Below, in pieces: positions 53,101 to 64,000 of a stretch of DNA of 64,000 nucleotides. The DNA comes from Sphagnum compactum. Lineage: Eukaryota. Location: positions 3,720,001-3,784,000 of the forward strand of contig OZ234493.1 of the NCBI GenBank assembly GCA_965153455.1, read 5' to 3'. The notes beneath the pieces are model-generated. The model saw only the letters and a program-made list of their open reading frames with translations, was not told where the DNA came from and did not search any database. The stretch's first letter is position 1; each line of letters starts with the position of its first letter. Made by a program: the position numbers and the translations under genes.

Positions 53101-53765
53101 CAATGATAATTTATGTGAACTATGTGAGAGGTTTGACATGTGCAACCTTTGTACACTTATGTGAAAGGTGTCACCTATGCATTTTTAGTGAAAAGAAAAG
53201 ACGATATGTTTCCAAAAAAATACTTGACACAATTGAATTTCCAATGAAAAGACAAAAGGCTACTTGTGCAAGATCATGAGTTTCCAATGAAAAGAAGTTC
53301 AAACTAGACCTATGTGAATTGCTTTAACTATGAACCAAACAAGGACAAGTAGATGCATGGAACCATTGTTGCAAAGAGAGGAGGAACTCAAAAAGGGGAA
53401 GAGGGTGACACACATAAGAAAGTGGCAACAAGGTCATTTATTGGGTGCTCATCCATATTAGCCACCGCCATCGCCATTCTTTAAGGCTTATATTTGCATG
53501 CATGTATGTTAAGGAAGATGATTTTGTTTGTTGAACTCAAAAGCTATTGTTGCATTACTCTTACAAAAGCTACTATGAATGCTTTTTCTTCTCACCAACT
53601 TCCTCTTCCCTTATTTTGAGTTTGGGTCCTAGAGATTGTGGGACTTTAAGGAATCGAGCACATGACTAGGTGAGACCTTTAAGGATATCAAAATCTATCA
53701 AACCTTTCAAATTTTTGAAGTTTTTAAAGTGAATTCAGAGGGCGGTACCTTGCACAAAATTCATG

Positions 53766-54098
53766 GTAGCCTCACAAGATGGTTTGCAAGATCTGAAAAG
53801 GCGCATCAACAACACTTCCAGGAAAAATATACAAGTGCAAACAAGTATGGCTTTGCTAAGAAGCAAACCAAATCGTTAAACACTTTCTTGAGATTCAAAA
53901 AAACCAAAATGCATTTGCTCATAATAATGTGTAGCCTCACAAGATGGTTTGCAAGATCTGAAAAGGCGCATCAACAACACTTCCAGGAAAAATATACAAG
54001 TGCAAACAAGTCATGGCTTTGCTAAGAAGCAAACCAAATCATTGAACACTTTCTTGAGATTCAAAAAAACCACAATGCATTTGCTCATAATAATGTGT
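53766..54098. repeat. Near-perfect 165-bp tandem duplication
   Basis: gtagcctcacaagatggtttgcaagatctg…gctcataataatgtgt at 53766 and 53931. Confidence 0.92.
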
Positions 54099-54592
54099 GA
54101 TCCCTGGTAATAACTAAGAACTTGAGATATGTCAGTGTGATATTACAGCATTGTAATGAAGCTTCACCAACACCAAAGCCAATGTTGACAATATTCGTTT
54201 CTTCTTCCTATCAGTGTTTTGCCAAATCCATGTCGTGCAATCAATGGAAAATGAATGATTAACAATGAAGTCAATAATGATGTCATGAATCTATACTTAA
54301 GGAACATGATCATGCTGCAAAAGTTGTGATCAAGGCCAGTAGTCTCTCCACATGTGGCTTCTTGCCATGGCATAAGTCCCAGATATCTCTGGTTGTACAT
54401 TTGAGCACAAGGTATGCAAGCAACAAGATTTGCAAAATCATAAAATACAAAATGCATGATTTGGGTCATCATGCAAAATCTTCTACCGTCGACCTCTGTA
54501 TCCAATTCTCAGCAAACTCTAACACAAAGAAACACCCATCCATGACTTGAAACAAGAAACCATCTTGTTCCTTCTTGAGAGCTTCCAAAACC

Positions 54593-54945
54593 AGCAGCAG
54601 CTCGGGTGTGATTGCAACGATTAGGGTTTCAAAGCGAGAAAAGCTTCTTGACACGAGTAACTCTGGTGTGATTGCAACGATTAAGGGGTTTCAGAGCTAG
54701 CTAGAAGAGCTTCTTGACACGAGCAGCAGCTCCGGTATGATTGCAAGGATTAGGGTTTTCAGAACTCGAAGAGCTTCTTGACCCGAGCAGCAGCTCCGGT
54801 ATGATTGCAAGGATTAGGGTTTTCAGAGCTCGAAGAGCTTCTTGACCCAAGCAGCAGCTCCGGTATGATTGCAAGGATCAGGGTTTTCAGAGCTCGAAGA
54901 GCTTCTTGACACGATTAGGGTTTCAAAGCTGGAAGAGCTTCTAGG
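54593..54945. repeat. 64-bp tandem array (about 5.5 copies), most units carrying a telo-box (TTAGGGTTT), upstream of RpoT
   Basis: agcagcagctccggtatgattgcaaggattagggttttcagagctcgaagagcttcttgac at 54722, 54786 and 54850, with more diverged copies at 54593, 54656 and a partial copy near 54913. Confidence 0.88.
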
Positions 54946-55281
54946 GTTTAGGGTTTTTCATTCTTGTCAGCTACAGCATCTCTCTTTTCCTGAACCCTAA
55001 CATGCTTCTGCTGCATCTATTTTTGGTGCCTTCAAGCTCACTCAGAACTTGTGTTTAGGGTTTAGGGTTTGGGGTTTGCATTCTTCTCAGCCGAAGCATC
55101 TCTCATTTCCTGAACCCTACCCCCCCCCCCCCGACTTTTTTTTGTGCATCTATTTTGGTACCTTCAAGCTCTCTGTGATACTCGCTCCGTCACCGACCTG
55201 ATTATGTGGTTCTTTCTATTACAGTGGGTTGGAGCTTAGTGGAAAGTTGACGGGTTTCTGGTTAAGTTTTTGAGGGGCGGC

Positions 55282-58200
55282 ATGTGGAGGGCGGCAGCAC
55301 GGCAGCTGGCAAGGAAAAGATTAGAGCAACGCAGATCCTCTGAACATCATCATAGTTTTCCTTTTGTTTCAAACCTCAGTGAACGTCGAAAATTGGCAAG
55401 CTCGGCACTAGCAGCAGCAGGTCATATAATAAAAAAGGGTGGAGACAGAGAATCGTCTATTATCGATTCCCACTGGAGCAGTCTTCAAGCATCCACAACA
55501 AGCTCAGCTTCTTCTGGCCTCCCATTATGCCCTTCTTCTGCAACAGCAGCCTCCTTGTTACCTCCTCGCACTCGTGTAGATGAAACCCTAGATGCAGCCC
55601 TTTATGGTCTTGTGAATCTTCCATGGCTCTTCTTGCAAAGCTTCTCAGGCCAAGATAGCATAAACCATTCTTATCCTGTCTCTAGTTCTAATTCTTCCAA
55701 GGCCCATGCTGTTGCTGGCTTGGATTACAACCGGGCATTTGTCAGTGTAGCCGAGGCAGTTGAAGATGATGATGAAACCGAAGGGGAATTGGAGACTGAT
55801 GTGCCATTTTCAAAAGAAGGAAAGCGCTCTACTACACCAGCACTGGATGAAGCAAAGAGACTCCGGAAAAAACAGTATGAACTCCGGAAAAGGCAGTTGA
55901 AGGTTGAGACTGAAGCCTGGCAGAAAGCCGCAGAAAACTACAAGGAGCTGATGCTGGAAATGTGTCGCAAGAATCTGGCACCCAATTTGCCGTTTGCTCA
56001 ATCTTTGCTCCTGGGTTGGTTTGAACCCCTGAGGTACACAATCATATCAATCGATACCTCTAACCCTAATTCTTGACCTACTTCTGAACAATGGGTGTTA
56101 TGTACATTCTGCAGTTTCAAATTGGCAGCACAAGCCTTTTATGTAACTCTCAAGTGCTAATGTTTGTTCCCCCAGGGATGCAATTCAGCAAGAGCAGAAA
56201 GAGTTTGAGAATTTGGAGTTCAGAGAGCACCGCTCAACATATGGCCCATTCATGGCTCAGCTGCCAGCAGATATGCTTGCAGTCATAACCATGCACCGCT
56301 TGATGGGTCTTCTTATGAGTGATCAGGAACATGGCTGTGTCAAAGTACTCATTGCAGCACTCCAGATTGGAGAAGCTGTTGAACAAGAGGTTCAACCCTA
56401 AACCCTAAACCTTAATGGTCTTTCTGCAGGTATTCCTCTGGATCTTAACATTTTTGGGAATGGGATCACTGTTGCTGTATCCTGGACAATGAAGTGACGG
56501 GGCTCTTGCAGGTCAGTATATTCAAGCTCATGAACAGCAAAAAAAAGTACAAGAAAAAGAAGAAAAAAGACTTGAAAGCAGCAGGCCATATCAACACTTC
56601 TGAGACTTTGTCTCGACCTGAAACAACAGTAGAGGATGAGATAAAGTCTACCAAGTTGCAGAAAAAGATTCAGAAGCTGGTGAAACAACAAAAACTTCGC
56701 TTGGTTGGGAGTATTTTGAGACAGGCCAGTAGTGAGGAGGCCTGGGGTCCAGCTATTCACGCCAAGGTAGGGAATTGTTTGTTGGGTCAACCTTGTCAGC
56801 TTTTTTTGTACTATTTTTGATACAAGCATGCAATAAGGTTGCAGACATCCATCTGATGGAGACATGAAGTGTTCTGGTGAAAATCTACTGAGATTTCCAG
56901 GGTGAGGGAGATCAATGTATACAATAGAATGATAGAATTGTGCTTCAAGGTCTAGCAGATCCTAAACCCTAAACCCTGGGCTTCTAGGAGACCCAGGGAC
57001 TGTTATCACAGGCTTATCTTTCAGATCTACTTGGTGCCTAGCACACCAGTATTAATAGTGTACAGTGCATTGACTCAATCAATGGCACAAGTACTTAGGT
57101 TTCTGCTTATGGAGAGGTTGATCATAGCAAGCTACAATCTTTGACATATGGAGTTGGTCAGAAGGCAGGAAGGAGTAGACATAAGTGGCTCTCTACAGTT
57201 GGACCTGTTAACCAAAACCTTCAAGTCCTCAGGTTGGCAGCAGGTTGCTAGAGCTGATGTTGGAGACAGCCTTTGTGCGGCCACCTGCGGATCAAAATGC
57301 TCATGATGTTACTGAGCTGCAGCCAGCATTCAAGCACACACAAAAAAACTATCCTTTGAAGAGCAGGTAAGCAATAATGTAGCTCTTACAGTGATGATGA
57401 CATAACTTACCTTGCATAGTTTGGGTGATGTCTATAGTATCCAGAGTTTTCATGCTATAAACCACACTTGATAGTGAGGACTGAATCAGAGGTTATCTAG
57501 CTGTGTAAAGCTTGTCTGAACTGTTACTGAGGTTGCTGTAATGATTGTTAACAAACTGAATTTTGTGCTTCTTTGTACCGTTACTGTTGTTCAACACAGT
57601 TCTCAGGTTTTCTTTCATTGTCAATGTTCTTTATTGTTCAGTTTCCTGTTTGCTGATGTGTAGTCAATGTGAAATCTCTGTAACCTGACTATTTGGTCAT
57701 CACTCAATTGTATTCAGTTTGACTTAAATCATACGTATCAAGAAGTTCTCAGTTCTGATTAAGGTACATTTCTTCTCCCTTGCAGTGTGAACAGGATATA
57801 TGGTGTCATAGAGTGTGATCCCCTGGTTCTTAGGGAGGTCGACAAATCAGTAAGTGTTTCCACTGTTTATGATTGATTTGTCACTTTTGAAGGACTGATT
57901 ATTTGAGACATGTCTGCATTTACTTCATCTCATAGCTTGCATTCTGTAGCAGAAGAATGTGGTTAGGAATACTTGTGGATGATGTTTGGTTGACCTGAAT
58001 CATTGTTTGGGTTCTTTCTGGTTGGCAGGTGCGTCACATGGTGATGCCCTACATGCCCATGTTGGTGAAACCTAAACCTTGGAAAGGGTAAGTCCTGATA
58101 GCACAATTTGCTACACAACTGCACAGTTTTCTCTCTTTTTTTTCTTCCTTTTTTTTGGGGCAATGCTTAACTTGTTTGTTTCTTTTTGTCATGGGTTCAC

Positions 58201-61200
58201 TGAGCACCTGCAGCTGGAGACACCCAAAAGGATGCCTGTATATATAAAGTAGTTTTGTTTGATTGCACAGGTTTTATGAGGGGGGCTACTTGTGTTTGAA
58301 GTCATCCATTATGAGAACACATGGTGCAAAGGAGCAACGGGATACAGTCATGGATACTCCACGCAGGAATATGACACAAGTTGTAAAGGTAATCCTCAGA
58401 TATGTTCCCCAAAACTTGTACTTATAATAGATTTCCTCACTTGATGTTGGCGTGTGAGTCTGTCAGGTTCTGTCAGGGGATGGTCATGTGCTCTAACATA
58501 TGCTATCTCTGGTTGCATTGTAGGCACTTGATGCACTGGGTGAAACTCCTTGGAGGATTAATGGAAGAGTCTTGGATGTTTTGGAAAGGATGTGGAGGGA
58601 GGGTGGACGATTAGCAGATCTTGTTGATCATTGCAATGTATTGCTCCCTCCTTACATTCCATTGCGAACAATATGTTTTTGCTCGCCAATTTCTATTTAA
58701 ATGGAGATAGTGGTCTCAAGCAAACAAGTTCAGTCTCAAAGAGAGATACTTAATTTTAAACCGTTCTTCTATAATTCAGAACCATCAAGGTAACATTCTG
58801 CTGATTTTTTGGGCGGGAAATCAATTGTAAACTGAATACATGGTGTCTGCTTTACTTTCATAGGTTCCTGTTCCTGATCGACCAAATACTGAGGATGCAA
58901 TTGAACTTCGGGACTGGAGGAGGGCATCTGCCACTGCTAAACGTATCAACAGTGAGCGCCACTCAATGCGTTGTGACACCGAGCTTAAGCTTGCAGTAAG
59001 TACCTAAATATATTCCTTTAGACATTGGGCTTTATGCTTTTCTCAGGGACATTATATATAGATTCTGCTATAGCTTTCTCTTTGCGACTAGTCATGACCA
59101 AAAGATCTGTGGGCTAGGTGGCACGACAATTACGGAATGAGGAATCCTTCTTCTACCCCCATAATTTGGATTTTCGAGGACGAGCCTACCCAATGCATCC
59201 CCATCTCAACCACTTGGGATCGGATATGTGTCGTGGGATTCTTGAGTTTGCAGAGGGCAGACCATTGGGCCCAAATGGGCTTAAGTGGCTGAAAATTCAC
59301 CTTGCAAACCTGTTTGGAGGGAAAGTTGGGAAGATGGCTTTTCAAGACCGTGTTGCATATGTGGACAACCAGTGGGAGAAAATTGTCGATTCTGTTGAGA
59401 GACCGTTGGATGGGCATCGGTGGTGGCTTGAGGCTGAGGATCCATTTCAGTGCCTTGCCACCTGTATGGATATTTGTAATGCAGTGGCCTCAGGACACCC
59501 TGAAACATATGTGTCATACTTGCCTGTGCATCAGGTATATAGCTTTCACACATGTCTGTTGGTTTATTGAAGTATTTTGTGACTCAGTGATGCCAAAAGA
59601 GTTCATCAAGTCCATAAATTTCCTTCTCAGAAGCTACCAGACTGGCACCCATTGGCAATAATAACATATGTTTTCCTTGAGTTTGCAAAAAGGCCCTGTG
59701 TATGCCTTTCAAGCCGTGTTTGCCGATGACTCAAGTGTGGTGTGTGGTGCAGGATGGATCATGTAATGGTCTGCAGCATTATGCAGCTCTAGGGCGAGAT
59801 AGAGTGAGCAGCTCCACTTAAGCAACTTGTCCTCTCTCCAAATTTGCTTTTGGTTTTAGTACAAACTTAAGAGTATCGTACTGCATCATGGAGTTCCTTG
59901 TGTTTAAACAAGCTTGCTCATTTTGCTTGCAGCATGGAGCTGAATCAGTGAACCTCATTGCAGGAGACAAGCCTGCTGACGTTTACTCAGGCATTGCTGC
60001 CAGGTAGGTTTCTGTCTGTTCTTTGATGCATTCGATATTAGGCCGAATTTATGCTGTTTGTGTTCTTCATGTTTCCTCCGAGTGTGTGGTGTACTGGCTA
60101 GTCTATGGTCCATTCAGTTCTTCTCAGAAGTACAAAATGATGTGTTTCCATTGTAAGGTTATAATGAGGCTTGTGGTTTCAAATGCAAACTTCTGTTCTT
60201 ATGTTGAGGTTGCCTGTCCTTTCATTGGACAGAGTTCGTGGCATAATGGAAAAAGATGCACTAAAGGACCCGGCAACCAACAGGAGTGCAGCAAATGCAA
60301 GGCTTCTGCTTAATGAGGTATTGGGGGGGCTTGGCTGCCAGTCTCAAAACTGTTTTAGGTTTAGGGTTTAGAGTTTAGGGTTAAACCTTAAGCCCTAAAC
60401 CAATTATCTATTTTAGATATGAGTGTAGGCTTAAGGTTAAGAAATTGGTTTGGTCAATCCCTGCTGTAACCATATCTTGGTTTTGGGGCAGATTGATCGG
60501 AAGCTTGTGAAGCAAACGGTAATGACATCAGTCTATGGAGTTACCTTTGTTGGTGCTCGGACACAGATCTTGAACAGGCTCAAGGAAAGGGACACCACAA
60601 TGGACCAATCTGTGATGTATAGTGCAGCTTGCTACGCTGCCAAGGTAAGCATTAAATATTTTTGCTTTTCTTGCCTGATTGAGAAGGATCCTCATCCCTG
60701 TTAGCTGGATATCCTGTGATGGGAGATGTACATTCTATTTTGCGTAACACTTCCCCATCTTGTTAAGAGTACAAGAGTAAATGATGCGGTTGTAATTTTT
60801 GCATAGACAACATTGGATGCATTGGGGGAGATGTTTAAGGAGGCACGGTGCATTATGACCTGGCTTGGCGATTGTGCAAAGGTGGGTCTTCCTTTTTGTT
60901 GTAAAAACTGGTTTTTATAACTAGACCTCCTTGACATGAATGTTGTCCCCAATGGCCTGTGGTGCATGCCAGACCCCGGTTTTAGTTGCTGCCTTGTATT
61001 GTGGTTCTTTGGCCTGTTCATGCACCTATCTTGAGTAGAGCACTACCAGACTAATGTGCTTTGTAATAATTTCTTGGGTGCAGATAATTGCATCAACTGG
61101 GCAGGCAGTCAAATGGAACACACCATTGGGGCTTCCAGTAGTGCAGCCTTATCGGAAGCCAGGAAGACACCTCGTATGTCAAAAAGCACAATTCCTTGCC

Positions 61201-62457
61201 CCTCTTTACTTTTGCTTTTCAATGCTGAAGAGAAAACTTGTGTCTGTCAACTGTCACAGCTACAACACATAAGTGCTTCAACCACCATCTGTACATTTGT
61301 CAACAAGCCATCTTGTTCATGTAGTAGTGTTCCCTTGGATTGGTAAAAGGGATGTCAGGGACTTGGTCTTTCGCTCTCTTTGAAGTTGCTTGGAATTACG
61401 TTTTGCAGGTGAAAACATCATTGCAAGTACTGGCCTTGAGAAATCTGGATGCTGATCAACCAGTATGTTATCTTTCTCTATGTCCATTTCTGCTGGTTTA
61501 TTGGCTTGATGATGTAGTACTTACTGCCTGAGTTTGCTCCTTTTTCTCCTTTGGCTGTTGGGTTGATGAGTTCTTTATTTGTGTTTTACTTTAGAGTGTT
61601 TGAAAGTAAAAGTTGTGTATGGGGGAGCAGGTGTTGGTGCAAAGACAGCGCAGTGCTTTTCCTCCCAATTTTGTCCACTCGCTCGATAGCTCCCACATGA
61701 TGATGACAGCTCTTGCTTGTAAAGATGCAGGTCTTCTTTTTGCAGGTAATCTGCAATCAAATGATCATCTGATTCTTGTTCTCTTTTCATGGTTTTAGTT
61801 AAGTGTTTTGTCTCCTTTTTACTTACAAAATGGCCTTCAGTTGGCCAAGCGAGAAGTTTAGATAGATTCAATGTGTTTTAGCTGGTGGCTGGGGATGGAA
61901 GAATCACTTGAGGAGGGTTTACTTGATTCTGATTTGTACAGTTACTGGGTCCAGGTGTACATGACTCATACTGGACACACGCCGGGGATGTCGAGAAAAT
62001 GAACCACCTGCTCCGAGAGAAGTTTGTGGAACTCTACAGTAAACCAATTCTTGAAAATGTGAGTTTGAACTTTGTTGGTGAGAAAGCTTAAATGCAGTGT
62101 TCTCAAATATCACAGATATCATGCCTAAATGTGCCTGGTCATATGACATTTTCCTTCTTTGGGGCACAGCTGCAAGATTGAACATCTTGGTTGTAGGTGC
62201 AATGCTCAGTTCACTATGGTGAATGCCTGAGGGCTGCCTAGGGATATGCATAGGATTTTGTAGTGCTTTCTGTTCAATCCTTTTCTCATCTGGAGAATTC
62301 TGATGGAAACTTGCAACTGATTGCATTTTTGTGTTGTGTTGGGCAGCTACTGAGTGATTTCCAAGAACAGATGCCTAATTTGAGTTTCCCTGAGGTTCCA
62401 GAGCGAGGCTGCCTTGACCTGGAGGAGGTGTTAAAAGCAACTTATTTTTTCAATTAG
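55282..62457 (+). CDS. RpoT: Nuclear-encoded phage-type (T3/T7-like) organellar RNA polymerase, 20 exons, about 1055 aa
   Basis: Exons 55282-56033, 56176-56389, 56512-56766, 57233-57366, 57786-57849, 58029-58087, 58271-58388, 58524-58637, 58864-58995, 59118-59534, 59753-59803, 59933-60003, 60233-60317, 60492-60644, 60807-60881, 61084-61173, 61409-61462, 61631-61745, 61955-62058, 62347-62457, summing to 3168 nt in frame. Motifs [13 protein letters not shown], motif [13 protein letters not shown], motif [25 protein letters not shown], motif [11 protein letters not shown]-terminal YFFN*. Arg/Ser-rich N-terminal transit peptide. Confidence 0.97.
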
Positions 62458-63146
62458 AAGTTTCAACCTAGTCATTAGCCCCTCCTCCAGTGCATTCTTC
62501 AGCAACCCTAATTGCACTTGTTATTTTTTCAAACAAGTCAGTACTGCAGCAGTAGAGCCAGTTCAAGTCATCTTCACCCAGTCAGTGGATCTTGATTACT
62601 GCTACATATTGAAGACCTGAGATAACTAGAGGTTAAGGGACTAGAAACTGATTGCTGTTAGATATTGAAGACCTGAGACCAGTAGAGGGAGTTTTATGGG
62701 AATGGAGAATTGCCCCTATGCTGCAATCTATAGAGAGCACACCCAATTACAATTTTGGCTTGTGGGTAATGTTCTGTCAGGACATGGTCGATGATCATTC
62801 CTTTGTGAGAAAATGATGAATTCATCAATATGCTCTTTTTGAGTTTATGTGGTCAGACATCTGTCGACAATTCTGTTTTTTCTTCTATAGCCTTCACTGT
62901 GCAATTTACCAGTTATTGTCTCCTTGCTCTCATTGCTATTGTGTCCCTACACTTTATATATGAATACTGCAAGGTTAACCTGTCCAATTGAAGCCTGTCC
63001 TGGTGCAGATGCACAAAATAAGAGGCAACCAGTTGGGTGTGCCAAGCCTCATTTAATTGATGGATTTAATTGCTGTCTGATGAGATTGGAACATGGATAG
63101 GGTGATGCAAATAATTATTATTGAATACACTTTTTTAAAACACAAA

Positions 63147-64000
63147 TCACCATTGCATGTTACTTGATTGTTGTATGAGGGAGCCACCATCTCGGTGAAC
63201 CCTAGCTTGCTCTGCAAGGGACAGTGCCATTGCTAACATCATTTGCTCATCAAAGCTTTCAGGCACCACCACAGCACCCTTCGCTCCTGCATCCATGCTT
63301 GTACTACTTTCACCATCTCTTCTTTGTCTATTAAGTTGAATATCTGGTGCCTCCCATGCTAAGTCTGATGCAGATGGAATGCTGTGAGAGAAACTTGTCC
63401 CAATTTCCACTTGCTCCAACCTTTGATCACCTGCCCATCTACTCATTGATGGAGCAGCCCTGTATTCCCACTGTCTTGAGCTCACCCAATTGGCTAGTCT
63501 GTCACTGGTATTTGGATTCTCTGAGTCCCTGATTGGGCTTGCACTCTCCCCCTCCCTCTGTGACTTCAAATTCTCTATCTCTGTAGACATCCTTAACATT
63601 CTTTCCCTCTCATCCTTCACCTTTTGCAGCCCTAATTTTCTGACAGCTGACGAACCAATGTGCTGCCTCCTTTGAAGTGGCTCACTTGGGGAGGCAATCT
63701 CAAGTTCCTCCTCCCCATGGAGTAGTACCTCACAGGCTTGATTTGTTCCAGCAACTTCTTTCCTTAGAATGACCACAGCAGCTGGATCAGGTGGCAAAAT
63801 GCTGACAGTTGATTGCTGCGCAGCAGATGTTGTGTCACCCCCAGCAACTTGCCTTTCAGCCAATGCTGCAATGGCACCTGCTAATCCACCAGTAACTGAG
63901 CTACACCTCCGGGGAGCCCGCACTTGGGTTTCAAGAACTGACAGTGGTGGTGATGGCGGTGGCAGAGATGGTAGCAAAGGAGGGGGTCGTGAAGGCATAA
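63147..64000 (-). CDS. DA2/GW2-like: 3' exon of a DA2/GW2-like RING E3 ubiquitin ligase (5' part outside window)
   Basis: Open frame running from the window edge to TGA at 63147. Contains SSVTGGLAGAIAALAERQ and the C-terminal VVVPESFDEQMMLAMALSLAE characteristic of the DA2/GW2 family. Confidence 0.75.
   Translation of the reverse strand, partial: MPSRPPPLLPSLPPPSPPLSVLETQVRAPRRCSSVTGGLAGAIAALAERQVAGGDTTSAAQQSTVSILPPDPAAVVILRKEVAGTNQACEVLLHGEEELEIASPSEPLQRRQHIGSSAVRKLGLQKVKDERERMLRMSTEIENLKSQREGESASPIRDSENPNTSDRLANWVSSRQWEYRAAPSMSRWAGDQRLEQVEIGTSFSHSIPSASDLAWEAPDIQLNRQRRDGESSTSMDAGAKGAVVVPESFDEQMMLAMALSLAEQARVHRDGGSLIQQSSNMQW

Noticed and set aside
50200-53300. Possible retroelement gag or other transposon remnant
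   Set aside because: Looks like a decayed repeat, but no motif or terminus could be supported.
54164-54560. Possible DUF247-like remnant (MDGCFFVLEF)
   Set aside because: Single short motif followed by stops; insufficient support.
55282-62457. T7-like polymerase as evidence of a prophage or viral insertion
   Set aside because: It has 19 spliceosomal introns and a transit peptide, as expected for the ordinary nuclear RpoT family.

Overview
Eukaryotic, AT-rich land-plant genomic DNA, most likely a moss (Sphagnum-like; this is inferred from a DNA-PKcs-like fragment, an RpoT N-terminus starting MWRAA, and the repeat landscape). Positions 1 to about 19 kb are a mosaic built around a nearly intact three-exon CACTA/En-Spm transposase (7442-13551). 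It is surrounded and interrupted by decayed host-gene pieces: GH3 beta-glucosidase, DNA-PKcs N-terminus, two unknown large exons, an RHM dehydratase domain and a complete intron-containing UBC8/9/10-type E2 gene. One 2.3-kb cargo block sits inside transposase intron 1 between 10-bp direct repeats. About 19-29 kb and 37.8-42 kb hold decayed elements: an FCP1-like and C2H2 remnant, a Harbinger transposase remnant, a possible solo LTR, an intact-ended non-autonomous Helitron and a TIR-bounded Harbinger-like Myb/SANT element. Apparently intact host genes are an XBAT32/33-like ankyrin-RING E3 (30189-36392, +), a long remorin (45948-43022, -), a 20-exon phage-type organellar RNA polymerase RpoT (55282-62457, +) and the 3' end of a DA2/GW2-like E3 (63147 to the window edge, -). 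Termini of the CACTA mosaic were not found. All family assignments come from recognised motifs, not database searches.
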